Source of the DNA: an uncultured Bacteroidota bacterium
GTDB taxonomy: Bacteria > Bacteroidota > Bacteroidia > Chitinophagales > LD1
Assembly: GCA_903919075.1 (NCBI GenBank)
Contig: CAIXGR010000007.1
Location: 13,537 to 77,536, forward strand
DNA: 64,000 nucleotides
Direction of reading: 5' to 3'
Positions 36,514 to 46,738 of the stretch are shown piece by piece. The stretch's first letter is position 1. The number at the start of each line of letters is the position of its first letter. The position numbers were made by a program, and so were the translations under genes. The notes below the pieces were generated by a model. The model was not told where the DNA came from. It did not search any database and saw only the letters and a list, made by a program, of their open reading frames with translations.

Positions 36514-39045
36514 ATGAGAAAGCTTTATACACTATTAGCACTTGTTGCAATAGGTTTTCTTTCTAATGCTCAAACCGCATTAAAAGAGTCGCGTTTAGCA
36601 CAGCGGTTATATCTTGATCCTGCTCCAATGGTTTCTCCTCAAAATAATGCCCACGGTAATCATCATTCTAATGGTTCTCATAGCCAACTTAAGTCTTTGC
36701 GTTCTACGTTGAATTCGCAGAAAATAGGAAGAGCCGGTAACTTGCTTACCGTTATTGAACCCGGATGTAATCAAATAGATGCTAATGATTCATTAAATGC
36801 TGTAACCTTCGTTCACCGGGTTGATAACACAGTTATTGTGAGTGCAAATATTGCTCAATACTGTTACGATATTTCTAAAGACGGTGGAAATACATGGGAT
36901 GCAAACGTTGGTCCAATTACAAACGATCCGGCTATTGATAATATCAGCGTAGCTGGTCGTTTCCCTCAGGGTGTTATTTATAACAAACCCGGAAATACCA
37001 ATGTTGATAGTGCTTACCTGGTATACGCAGGCACATGGCATAATTCTCCACCAACAGGTAACCCAACCGGAAGCTGGCAAGGACAAATGCGTGGAAGGGG
37101 CAAGCTTTCTGGCGATACAGCTACTTATAATGTACATATTGATTCAATTAACCACGGCCATGTAAACATAGCTAGTGGCATGTGTCAGGGTCCGGCGGGT
37201 ACATTCTGGAATATTAACCAGGATTATACCGGAACTTTTACCACCACTGACGATGAGATTACACAAGGATTGATTATTGAAAAAGGTGTTTGGAATTCAA
37301 TAACAGGCGACGTTGACTGGACTAGCCAAACTATACCGCAAACCTTTGCTAAGCAAGATATTAGTAATAATAATACCGTAGCAGGTTCAGTGGCTACGGC
37401 ATTTAATATAGCTTTCGACCCTACAGGAAGATATGGTTGGGCTGCTTGCCTTGGTAATATCCGTTCCAATCCAGGCCTTGATAGCGTTTATGATCCTATT
37501 TTCTGGAAAACGACAGACTTTGGCGCACATTGGACAGGGCCTATTTGGGTTGACTTGGATAGCTTACCAGGTGTTATCGGAAAACTTGGCACTACGCTTT
37601 CCGATTATGTTGGCGGTGGCCCAAGCACTGGTAACCCTACTACCTCTTATGAATGCGATTTAACGGTTGATGTTAATGGTAACCCACACCTGCTTACTAC
37701 AGTAGGTAGCGGAAAGGGATTTGCAATTGAATTTGCAGGATATAATGTTTACGATATTACTTACACTTCAAATGGAATTAGCGGATGTAATTGGAATGGC
37801 TGGTCAGCTATTGACTTGGCTAAAATATATACTTTAAGAGGTACTTTCTCAAACGATAATCCTGCATTAACTGAAGATAACCGTCCACAGGTATCAAGAA
37901 GCCCGGATGCGCATAAAATATTTTTCTTTTGGAATGAGAGCGATCGTACTTTTGAGTTAAGTGACAACAATGATGTTCCTAATTTATTTGGTCGTGCTAT
38001 TGACGTTGTAACCGGAAAAAAGACCCCGATGTACAATTTTACCGAAGGCGATTCATTATGGGGTGGTCAAACTTCAAATTCACCGGCTGGGGTATTTGAT
38101 GGTGCTATTTTCCCCGTTGTAGGTCAAACTTGTTTGTTAAATGGTAACAACTACAATATTCCATTGGTATTAACCCAAATAGATTACTTGCATGATCCTT
38201 CTGGCCCGGGTTCAGATGCTCAGCCTTGCCAGTTCTATTACATAAACAATATTAATATTCCTGCGTCAGACTTTAATGCCACGTATGGTGTTCCACCGGT
38301 TGTTACCTTGGAGGGACCAGATACTATTCTGCAGCTAATAAATACTTCTTATTTTGAATACGGAGCTATAGCAACTGATTGCCACGACGGTGATATTGCT
38401 GTTAGTATTCAAAATGCACCCGATACTGCGCATGCTGGTACATATAATGAATTGTATATTGCAACAGACTCGGCTGGTAATAGCGATACTGTGGTGCGTG
38501 TAGTTATTATTGGTTCACCACCAGTTGCAGATTTTACATGGATTACCGGTATCTACGCCTATCAGGTTTCGTTCCATGATATCAGCACTAACAGCCCTAT
38601 TTCATGGCATTGGGATTACGGTAACGGAACAGGCTCATTAGCGCCAAATCCAGTCAAAACTTTTGGTTCGGTAGACTCGGTGTATAATGTTTGCCTTACT
38701 GCTACAAACGAATTTGGAACATCTTCACCTACATGTCATGCTGTAACTGTTAATGGTGTTCATACACTGGGTATAGCGGAAGTAGGATTTGCTCAACATG
38801 TTAGTTTATTCCCAAATCCAACCAATGGTAAAGTATCTATTTCATTCGATGAAAATACTTCATCTGATTTTACGGTAAGTGCATACAACGTACTTGGCGA
38901 ATTAGTTACTGCACCAGCTGAATACAAAGCAGGTACCACTAATGTTAAAATGGATCTCGCATCGCTTTCAAACGGTATTTATATAATTAAAATACAAAGC
39001 AGCGAAGGCACAGCAATTAAAAACCTGGTGCTTACGCATAAATAA
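36514..39045 (+). CDS. Secreted BNR/Asp-box beta-propeller protein with Ig-like/PKD domains and T9SS type A CTD
   Basis: The start is set at the internal Met (MRKLYTLLALVAIGFLSNAQ). It has Asp-boxes (SKDGGNTW, TTDFGAHW), a PKD-like segment (FTW..VSFHDISTN..WDYGNG), and the CTD LFPNPTNGKVSISF...GIYIIKIQSSEG. Confidence 0.8.
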   Translation: MRKLYTLLALVAIGFLSNAQTALKESRLAQRLYLDPAPMVSPQNNAHGNHHSNGSHSQLKSLRSTLNSQKIGRAGNLLTVIEPGCNQIDANDSLNAVTFVHRVDNTVIVSANIAQYCYDISKDGGNTWDANVGPITNDPAIDNISVAGRFPQGVIYNKPGNTNVDSAYLVYAGTWHNSPPTGNPTGSWQGQMRGRGKLSGDTATYNVHIDSINHGHVNIASGMCQGPAGTFWNINQDYTGTFTTTDDEITQGLIIEKGVWNSITGDVDWTSQTIPQTFAKQDISNNNTVAGSVATAFNIAFDPTGRYGWAACLGNIRSNPGLDSVYDPIFWKTTDFGAHWTGPIWVDLDSLPGVIGKLGTTLSDYVGGGPSTGNPTTSYECDLTVDVNGNPHLLTTVGSGKGFAIEFAGYNVYDITYTSNGISGCNWNGWSAIDLAKIYTLRGTFSNDNPALTEDNRPQVSRSPDAHKIFFFWNESDRTFELSDNNDVPNLFGRAIDVVTGKKTPMYNFTEGDSLWGGQTSNSPAGVFDGAIFPVVGQTCLLNGNNYNIPLVLTQIDYLHDPSGPGSDAQPCQFYYINNINIPASDFNATYGVPPVVTLEGPDTILQLINTSYFEYGAIATDCHDGDIAVSIQNAPDTAHAGTYNELYIATDSAGNSDTVVRVVIIGSPPVADFTWITGIYAYQVSFHDISTNSPISWHWDYGNGTGSLAPNPVKTFGSVDSVYNVCLTATNEFGTSSPTCHAVTVNGVHTLGIAEVGFAQHVSLFPNPTNGKVSISFDENTSSDFTVSAYNVLGELVTAPAEYKAGTTNVKMDLASLSNGIYIIKIQSSEGTAIKNLVLTHK

Positions 39046-39071
39046 AAAAGCAATCTTTTAGGATCTAGAAA

Positions 39072-39107
39072 ACAAAGGCTCTTATAATTAGGAGCCTTTG
39101 TTTTTTT
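39072..39107 (+). terminator. Rho-independent terminator
   Basis: ACAAAGGCTC / GAGCCTTTGT hairpin followed by TTTTTTT. Confidence 0.8.
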
Positions 39108-39178
39108 ATTGAAAAGTAACTAATGACTGAACTCAGTCTTTATTATTTTGTTTTCATTCAACTTTGCATGAATAAAAA

Positions 39179-40276
39179 ATGAGACCTGTATTACGCACCA
39201 ATATTATTATTTTAACCTTGGCAGTTGTGGTTACGCTGTATTTGGTTAGTTGTAATACTAAAAGAACTGCAGGGGTGGTACTTGATGTTGCCGCAAAGCC
39301 TTTCGATAAGCTTTCGGATTACAACTTTTTTACCGGTGTAATTAGCGAATTGAAGCCAAATACAAATGTTACTCCCTACGATCTTATAACACCTCTTTTT
39401 ACAGATTACGCGTATAAGGCACGTTTTATTTTTATGCCACAAGGCAAAACTGCTAATTACGATACCACTAGTGTAATCAACTTCCCCGTAGGGGCTTGCC
39501 TGATAAAAAGCTTCTATTACCCCGAAGATTTTAGAACAAAAAATGGTAAAAGAAAAATTATTGAAACCCGCCTTTTAGTTCATCGTACAACCGGTTGGGA
39601 TGCTTTAGCCTATGTATGGAATGACGAACAAACCGAGGCCACGCTCGAAAATTCAGGTGACATTAAAAAAGTATCGTGGATACATAGTGATGGTACTAAA
39701 CGCGAAATTGATTATGTAGTTCCCAACAAAAACCAATGTAAAGGCTGCCATTGGAACAGCAGCGCCGGTATTACACCACTTGGCCCTAAAGCCCGAAACT
39801 TAAACCGCGATTTTTCTTATTCTGATATTACTGAAAACCAATTCGCCCATTGGGTAAAGGCAGGCATTCTAAAAAGCGCACCCGCCCTTGAAGCAATCCC
39901 TAAATTGGCCGATTGGGCCGATTCTGTTCATTATAATATTAATGAAAGAGCCCGTGCCTATCTTGAGGTTAACTGTGGCCATTGCCATAATCCTAAGGGC
40001 CCTGCATATACCTCGGCCCTGCACTTAAACCTCGAAAATACTAATCCAGAAAATATGGGTGTTTGCAAGCATCTTGTTGATGCCAATAAAGCCACCGGCA
40101 ATAGGATATATGATATAGTGCCTGGCAATCCAGGTCAATCCATCATGGTATATCGCATAAATTCCGTTGAGCCGGGTATAAAAATGCCTGAAATTGGCCG
40201 AACTATAGTTCATCGGGAAGCGGTTGATCTGATTACTCAATGGATTGCCCAAATGGGGCCTGGTAATTGTAAGTAG
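39179..40276 (+). CDS. Di-haem c-type cytochrome-like protein (SO_2930/HNE_0200-like family, tentative)
   Basis: N-terminal signal/lipobox-like region (LYLVSCN). Two CXXCH motifs (CKGCHWNS, CGHCHNPKGPA). The family name is from memory only. Confidence 0.55.
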   Translation: MRPVLRTNIIILTLAVVVTLYLVSCNTKRTAGVVLDVAAKPFDKLSDYNFFTGVISELKPNTNVTPYDLITPLFTDYAYKARFIFMPQGKTANYDTTSVINFPVGACLIKSFYYPEDFRTKNGKRKIIETRLLVHRTTGWDALAYVWNDEQTEATLENSGDIKKVSWIHSDGTKREIDYVVPNKNQCKGCHWNSSAGITPLGPKARNLNRDFSYSDITENQFAHWVKAGILKSAPALEAIPKLADWADSVHYNINERARAYLEVNCGHCHNPKGPAYTSALHLNLENTNPENMGVCKHLVDANKATGNRIYDIVPGNPGQSIMVYRINSVEPGIKMPEIGRTIVHREAVDLITQWIAQMGPGNCK

Positions 40277-40430
40277 GTAGGTTTTTAAAATATAAAAAAG
40301 GTAAAAAGCTCCATTTTTACCCCTCTAAAATGCCATTTAATTTAAGGCTTAAAAGGCGCTGTATCCTGCAAAGCTGAACATTGTAATATACACACAATCA
40401 AACATTACTTTCTTTTTAGCACTATTCTTA

Positions 40431-40438
40431 TATATTTG
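40431..40438 (+). promoter_or_regulatory. Candidate -7 promoter box (TAnnTTTG) for secDF
   Basis: TATATTTG lies 34 nt upstream of the ATG at 40472. This is a motif match only. Confidence 0.3.
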
Positions 40439-40471
40439 CGCTTCCTTTTTAAGGCTTAAAAATTATTTAAA

Positions 40472-43400
40472 ATGCAAAATCTCAAAGGAGTAATCAGGTT
40501 TTTTACCATTATTCTACTTATTGCCTGTGTTTTTCAACTTTCGTTTACCTTCTTGGCGCGTAGCGTTGAAAGCAAGGCCGAAACTTATGCCGATAACCAT
40601 GTTAAATCAGTTGCTTTAACTGCTGCCACGCCTGCGCGCGAGGTAGCCTATCGCGATTCAATAGACGAGGTAAAGAAGCTTTACCGCAGAAATTTCTTGG
40701 ATTCTGTATCGGGTTCGCCGATTATAGACGCATGGGGTTTACGCGAAATTTATACCTATAAATTTTGCCGCGACCACGCACTTACCCTTGGTTTGGACTT
40801 AAAGGGTGGTATGAGCCTTATTATGGCCATATCAGAGGATGATGTATTGCGTAAATTAAGCAATAACAATACACATAAGCAATTCCTTGCGGCTATTGAA
40901 AACGCTAAAAAGGCCCAAGGCATCAATCAATCTGATTTTCTTACCCTTTTCAAACAGGAATATGAAAAATTAGCACCAAACGGCAAACTTGCGGGCATAT
41001 TTGCGCCTATTGAATCTTATCAGGGCAAAATTAACCATACCTCTACCAACGATGAGGTAATTGCTGTATTGCGCAAAGATTTTGATGCTGCAATTCACGA
41101 AACCTTCCAGGTTCTTAAAACCCGTATCGACCAATTTGGTGTTGCTTCACCAAACATTTCGCTACAGGCTAATACCGGGAGAATTATTTTGGAATTACCA
41201 GGTGTAGATGACCCTGCACGTGTTCGTAAACTTTTACAACAAACGGCACAGCTGGAGTTCTGGGATACTTATGAAGCTTCTGAAGTAGTTAATTACCTTA
41301 CGGATGCTAACTCGGCTATTCGTGATTTGCTTGCTAAGGAAAAGAACCTAAATGATTCTATAACCGGTCATGTTGATACTACAAGTTCATCGGCTGCAAA
41401 CATGTTAACTGAAGGCACCCTTGATACTGCCGCCATTAAAACTACTAGTGCTAAAACTACTAAAGCAGCAAAAGATTCTATTGGTAAAAACGCATATCCG
41501 TTATTTGACGTTCTGGGTCCTAACGTTGACCGCCAAACCGGTAAAGCATCTGATGGCCCTATTATTGGTTATGCTTTCGGAAAAGATACTGCTTTAGTAA
41601 ATAGGTATCTTGAGCGTTCAGAAGTAAAAAGTGTTTTCCCTCGCGATTTAAGATTATTATGGGGTGCACATCCTTTAGATGATGTTCGTAACACCTTTGC
41701 ATTGTATGCCATTAAACAAAATCCTGCTTCGCCAGAAGCACCATTAAGTGGTGATGTAATTACTGATGCTACCGGACAATACGATCAGTTTGGAACACCG
41801 GAAGTAGACCTTTCAATGAATGCATTAGGCGCTACTAAATGGGAGAAAATGACCGAGGCTGCTGTAAATGCACAATCGGGCGGAAGGTCAATTAAAAAAT
41901 GTATTGCTATTGTACTTGATAACAGAATTTTCTCAGCTCCCCGTGTTCAGCAAAAAATTGCCGGTGGTAAATCTCAAATTACCGGTATAAAGAATTTGGA
42001 AGAACGTGATGACCTTGCAAACATTCTTAAATCAGGTAAGCTTGAAGCTAAAACCCAGGTTATTCAAGAGCAGGTAATAGGACCATCATTAGGTAAAGAA
42101 TCTATCAAAGCCGGTTTGCTTTCATTGGCTATCGGTGTTCTTTTGGTATTCTTGTTCATGGTAAGTTACTACAGCACCTCGGGTGTTATAGCTAACATCG
42201 CCATGCTTCTTAACTTGTTTATACAGGTTAGTGTATTGGTAGGTATCGGTGCGTCATTTACCCTTCCGGCAATGGCGGGTATAGTACTTACACTTGCAAT
42301 GGCGGTTGATGCCAACGTAATTATAAACGAGCGTGTGCGCGAAGAAGTAACACGCGGCAAAGGCTTACGCCTTGCTGTTGATGAAGGTTACAAACATTCA
42401 TATAGCGCGATTATTGACGGTAACCTTACTACTATGGCCATTGGCGTAGTATTAATGGTATTCGGTTTAGGCCCTGTTCAAGGTTTCGGGCGCGTTCTGT
42501 TCTTTGGTCTTTGGATTTCAATGTTTACAGCGGTAATGGTGTCGAGAGTGTTTTTCGATTATGCATTTAACCGTAACATGAACATCCACTTTGGCAATAA
42601 ATTCACTATGAACCTACTTAAAGGTTTAAACTTCGACTTTATTGGCAAACGCAAAATTACCTACGGAATTTCAACTCTCATATTTGCTATTTCTTTATCA
42701 TCCATGATTTTCTATGGCTTTGATTTAGGAGTTGACTTTAAAGGTGGAAGAAGCTATGTAATTCAATTTGATAAGGATGTGAAAACTGAGGAGGTGGCTA
42801 CAACGCTTGAGTCTGCTTTAGGTGGTGCGCCACAGGTTAAAACCTATGGTAGCAATAACCAGGTTTCTATTACTACAGCTTACATGGTTGATAAAAGCGG
42901 CCCTTCTACCGATAGTATTGTTGAGGCAAGAATATATGCTGGTGTAAAACCATTCTTTAAAGATTATCCTACGCTTGATAATTTCCGTATTAAGAACGTA
43001 AAAAGCTCTATCAAAATTGAAGCAACAATTGCTGATGATATTAGAAGAAGTTCATTTGCAGCGGTATTCTTCGGTTTGTTGTTTGTGTTCGTTTACATTT
43101 TTATACGTTTCAAACGTTGGGAATATGCTACCGGTGCTATTGTAGCGATGGTGCACGATCCGATTATCATATTAGGCCTCTTCTCGTTACTAAGAAAAGT
43201 AATGCCTTTCTCGCTTGAAGTTGACCAGACAGTTGTTGCAGCGGTGCTTACCATCATCGGTTACTCTGTAAACGATACAGTGGTGGTATTCGACCGGATT
43301 CGTGAAACATTAGGCCTGCACCCAACACGCACGCTTATTCAGAACGTAAACGATTCTATCAACCAAACCCTGAGCCGTACCATCATGACTGTTGTTACAG

Positions 43401-43555
43401 TGTTCTTGGTAGCCTTGATATTATTTATCTTCGGAGGAACCCCAATACGTGGTTTCTCATTCGCACTTATACTAGGTTTATTAATAGGTACTTACTCATC
43501 AATTTTCGTGGCAGCACCAATTATGGTTGATTTGATGAACAGAAAGAAGAAATAG
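40472..43555 (+). CDS. secDF: Protein translocase subunit SecDF (fused SecD-SecF)
   Basis: 1027 aa. The SecD periplasmic domain plus 6 TM segments are followed by the SecF half (GLDFKGG.., ..VNDTVVVFDRIRE). Confidence 0.93.
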   Translation: MQNLKGVIRFFTIILLIACVFQLSFTFLARSVESKAETYADNHVKSVALTAATPAREVAYRDSIDEVKKLYRRNFLDSVSGSPIIDAWGLREIYTYKFCRDHALTLGLDLKGGMSLIMAISEDDVLRKLSNNNTHKQFLAAIENAKKAQGINQSDFLTLFKQEYEKLAPNGKLAGIFAPIESYQGKINHTSTNDEVIAVLRKDFDAAIHETFQVLKTRIDQFGVASPNISLQANTGRIILELPGVDDPARVRKLLQQTAQLEFWDTYEASEVVNYLTDANSAIRDLLAKEKNLNDSITGHVDTTSSSAANMLTEGTLDTAAIKTTSAKTTKAAKDSIGKNAYPLFDVLGPNVDRQTGKASDGPIIGYAFGKDTALVNRYLERSEVKSVFPRDLRLLWGAHPLDDVRNTFALYAIKQNPASPEAPLSGDVITDATGQYDQFGTPEVDLSMNALGATKWEKMTEAAVNAQSGGRSIKKCIAIVLDNRIFSAPRVQQKIAGGKSQITGIKNLEERDDLANILKSGKLEAKTQVIQEQVIGPSLGKESIKAGLLSLAIGVLLVFLFMVSYYSTSGVIANIAMLLNLFIQVSVLVGIGASFTLPAMAGIVLTLAMAVDANVIINERVREEVTRGKGLRLAVDEGYKHSYSAIIDGNLTTMAIGVVLMVFGLGPVQGFGRVLFFGLWISMFTAVMVSRVFFDYAFNRNMNIHFGNKFTMNLLKGLNFDFIGKRKITYGISTLIFAISLSSMIFYGFDLGVDFKGGRSYVIQFDKDVKTEEVATTLESALGGAPQVKTYGSNNQVSITTAYMVDKSGPSTDSIVEARIYAGVKPFFKDYPTLDNFRIKNVKSSIKIEATIADDIRRSSFAAVFFGLLFVFVYIFIRFKRWEYATGAIVAMVHDPIIILGLFSLLRKVMPFSLEVDQTVVAAVLTIIGYSVNDTVVVFDRIRETLGLHPTRTLIQNVNDSINQTLSRTIMTVVTVFLVALILFIFGGTPIRGFSFALILGLLIGTYSSIFVAAPIMVDLMNRKKK

Positions 43556-43576
43556 TAATTTATAGCTTATAGTATA

Positions 43577-43619
43577 AAAGCAAAAAGCGCAATCCATTAA
43601 GGGTTGCGCTTTTGCTTTT
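43577..43619 (+). terminator. Rho-independent terminator
   Basis: AAAAGCAAAAAGCGCAA ... TTGCGCTTTTGCTTTT long hairpin, about 20 nt after the secDF stop. Confidence 0.8.
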
Positions 43620-43814
43620 AACATATTGACGTGTCAGCAAGCTAAGTTTTACATACTAGAACTCTTCGGAAAATGCGTTTGTATGTCGAACGATAGTTAG
43701 ACATCTTAATGCTTTTTAAGCGCTAAATGCCAAATTAAGATTCCTCCTAAAGTCGGAATGACAGTTGCGTGCCTGGTTCCGGAGAGTCATTCTAAATTAT
43801 AATGAAGATCGATT

Positions 43815-45506
43815 TTAGTTTCGTTTATAAATAGCAACAGAGTTTGAATACTCCGATTTACAAACTTGTTCCGGTGGGCTCCAACAATAAATTCCCTCAT
43901 TTTTTTCCGGCCACGGAATGCTCACCAAGCCAACCTGCCGATAGTTATTGCTCAAGTATTGTTGCTCCCAATTAAACAGGGTCGAATCAACATGGTCTAA
44001 TGCGGTTGAATACCATGAGCCCGGTACATTTATAGAAACAATAAACTTGGGCTTTGCCGCTTCAATTTCATTCACCATTTGCACTTGAAAGTGATGTGCG
44101 TAAGGGTGGTCCCGCATCATTTCATAAGTATAAACAAAGCCTGTAGCAGCCTGCCGTTGGGCATAAAAATATATTTGGGGCTCGGAGCCAAGCACTGCAA
44201 TTTTATCGTTTGACGAAGTATGCTCACGAATATACTTTCCAATAACTACCGATTCAGGGAAGGGCGCAGAAGTGTAAGTAATGCGGTCGATGGTGTTTCC
44301 ATCCATCTTGAATAAATAATTTTTCTCATTCCAAACTAATACTGCGAAAACTAGTAATATGGCTAGCACACCTGGGTATGCAATAAGAAAATTACTGCCC
44401 AATTTTTTTTGCATGAGGGTGCTAAAGCCAGCACCCTCTGCAACTAAAAGTGCAATGGCTGGGGCACCAAGGATAAAGTAGTGGGGAAAAAAATTAAAGC
44501 CAACACATATAGCACCGGTTGATAGTAAGGCAAGCGCAAGAATAAAAAGCTTTTTTTGAAATTCTTTTTCCAATAGCAATGAGATAATTCCTAAAACACC
44601 AAATACCAGCATAGGCCAAAAAATACCCAAAGTACCATGCTCGCCGGTATCCGGGTGCAACGCCTGAACACCAGTAGCTACTGGCTTTTGCACAGCATAA
44701 ATGCGGGGATAATACCAGGTCCACCACAAAAACTTGTCAAATAATCCGAGATATAAGAACGTGATACAGATTATGGCGAAAGGAAGCAGTAACCCAAGTA
44801 GAAACATTCCGGTTTCTATAATTACATTTTTTCTTCCGGTAATTGTAGCAAGCCGCTTTGCCGAAAAGGATTGATAAAAACTAAACAACAACGCAAATAG
44901 AATAAAGAAAATGGCATGTTGTTTCATAGTATAAGCTATGCCGAATAACAAGCCCGAAACGAAAAAACTAATCAGCGCCTTTTTACGCTTTCCTTCAAAT
45001 GCAAAATCGTTAGCATAAAGCATTAGCAGAATTGCAGGCATGGCAAACAGCAATACAAAATGTTCAGCATTGGCTGAAAAGCCTTGATTCTTTTGGCTTA
45101 ATGTAAATAACGAAAAACACACTGCAGCCAATGCACCAGATAACGGAGTAGATTTTTTTCTGGCAATCAGGAAAACGATAATGGTAGTGAACGCATTTAC
45201 AAAAACAAGCCCCAGGTGTGTAGCAATATTCGTTTGCCCGAAAATTGCCATAATAAAGGCATAAGCAGCATAAATGCCTGGCATTTTTACATGGTAAATA
45301 CTTACAAATGGTGGTATGCCCTTAAGTAATTCCTGTCCCACATACGCATATTCTCCTTCATCGCGCTCAAGCGGTACGCCAAGCAAACGTAATCTGCATA
45401 AAGCGCTAAAAACTATAATTGCGAATAATATAATAGTTGGTAAGTACGACTGTGCCATTTCTGGCAAGGCTTCTTGAAAAGGGGATTTACTTCTATCTTC
45501 TTTCAC
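43815..45506 (-). CDS. GT-C fold membrane glycosyltransferase (ArnT/PMT-like)
   Basis: 563 aa with more than 10 TM segments. The first loop is ERDEGEYAYVGQELLKGIPPF (an acidic DE..Y motif). It ends in a soluble C-terminal domain of about 130 aa. Confidence 0.65.
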   Translation of the reverse strand: MKEDRSKSPFQEALPEMAQSYLPTIILFAIIVFSALCRLRLLGVPLERDEGEYAYVGQELLKGIPPFVSIYHVKMPGIYAAYAFIMAIFGQTNIATHLGLVFVNAFTTIIVFLIARKKSTPLSGALAAVCFSLFTLSQKNQGFSANAEHFVLLFAMPAILLMLYANDFAFEGKRKKALISFFVSGLLFGIAYTMKQHAIFFILFALLFSFYQSFSAKRLATITGRKNVIIETGMFLLGLLLPFAIICITFLYLGLFDKFLWWTWYYPRIYAVQKPVATGVQALHPDTGEHGTLGIFWPMLVFGVLGIISLLLEKEFQKKLFILALALLSTGAICVGFNFFPHYFILGAPAIALLVAEGAGFSTLMQKKLGSNFLIAYPGVLAILLVFAVLVWNEKNYLFKMDGNTIDRITYTSAPFPESVVIGKYIREHTSSNDKIAVLGSEPQIYFYAQRQAATGFVYTYEMMRDHPYAHHFQVQMVNEIEAAKPKFIVSINVPGSWYSTALDHVDSTLFNWEQQYLSNNYRQVGLVSIPWPEKNEGIYCWSPPEQVCKSEYSNSVAIYKRN

Positions 45507-45675
45507 TTATCGACAATTTTTACGCTCCGGTAAACTGGTTAGTCAGTTTTAAATGTAATAAAATATCATTAATGGATATTTGCAATTAAAAAGCGGCAAA
45601 ATTTCTCTTGTATCATTTTCTCACCCGCTTATAAAACAAAGCATATATTTAATTGCAAATTAGATGAGGCTTTAA

Positions 45676-46710
45676 ATGGAGGTAAGAAAGTTTAATCAAA
45701 TTGATTCACTACGGTTTTTAGCAGTTTTAGCCGTGATGTTTGTGCATTGGGGCTGGGCCGGAAGAAAAATTGCCGATATGTTCCTAACCGGTGCACGCGG
45801 TGTTGATTTGTTCTTCGTAATAAGCGGATTTCTTATTACCCTTGGATTGATAAAAGTAAAACAAGAAGGAGAGAAGCCCGGTGTATCCCTCTATAAGTTT
45901 TATATCCGAAGATTTTTGAGAATTTTCCCTGCTTATTATTTGATGCTGCTTTTGGTGTGGTTTTTAAACCATAAAAAAGTTGCCGATGGTATTTGGTGGT
46001 ATCTATTATACGCAAGCAACTTCTATAGTATTAAAATACAAGATTGGGGCGGCTTAATACATTTATGGTCTCTTTCTATTGAGGAGCAATTTTATTTGGT
46101 TTGGCCTTTTGTTATTTTGTTTGTTCCCCGTCGGTTTCTTTTACCTTCAATTGCTTTATCGGTTGTGCTTAGCCTTATTACTAAAATTTATTGGGCAAAT
46201 ACCGGTGCTTCTTTTTGGGTGCAATTTATGCACCCGGTTGCAGCTTTAGATGCGCTGGCCATTGGCGGATTGTTGGCTTATATTTATTTCTTCCACCAAA
46301 CAGTGCTTAGGCCTTTCTTGTGCAATCCATTTGTTTCAGCAATTTTTATCTTTCAGATATTGCTTTGTATGGGTTTAAAATTCGCTACTAACTATCATTT
46401 TATTTACGATATAGGCATCAGAACATCCTTCAGCATATTTTGCTTTTGGTTGATAGGCCGATCTGTTTTTGGGTTTACCGGAGTTGTTGGTTCAATATTG
46501 AACAATAAAATATTTCAATATGTTGGAAAGATAAGTTACGGGTTATATCTCTATCACTTCTTCGTTCCTGGTATGCTTATGGGGCTTAAATATCCCGAGG
46601 AGCGTAACCTTAGATTTGTTTTATACTTATTGGTAACTATAGCCATTTCAGCACTTAGTTGGCGTTATTTCGAAAAACCTATTTTGAAATACAAGGAGAA
46701 ATTTGAATGA
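45676..46710 (+). CDS. Acyltransferase family 3 (membrane O-acyltransferase)
   Basis: The N-terminal IDSLRFLAVLAVMFVHW and FFVISGFLIT motifs, with about 10 TM segments. Confidence 0.8.
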   Translation: MEVRKFNQIDSLRFLAVLAVMFVHWGWAGRKIADMFLTGARGVDLFFVISGFLITLGLIKVKQEGEKPGVSLYKFYIRRFLRIFPAYYLMLLLVWFLNHKKVADGIWWYLLYASNFYSIKIQDWGGLIHLWSLSIEEQFYLVWPFVILFVPRRFLLPSIALSVVLSLITKIYWANTGASFWVQFMHPVAALDALAIGGLLAYIYFFHQTVLRPFLCNPFVSAIFIFQILLCMGLKFATNYHFIYDIGIRTSFSIFCFWLIGRSVFGFTGVVGSILNNKIFQYVGKISYGLYLYHFFVPGMLMGLKYPEERNLRFVLYLLVTIAISALSWRYFEKPILKYKEKFE

Positions 46711-46738
46711 TGTTATTGAGTGTTATCAAATCATCAAT

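Noticed and set aside
43741-43800. A small palindromic unit, GGAATGAC...GTCATTC, with a TTCCGGA centre. It is reminiscent of the short GTCATTCCGA-type intergenic repeats I recall from Bacteroidota genomes.
   Set aside because: There is only one copy in this window, so I cannot show repetition. It may simply be part of the 3' UTR or terminator region of the convergent secDF and GT-C genes.
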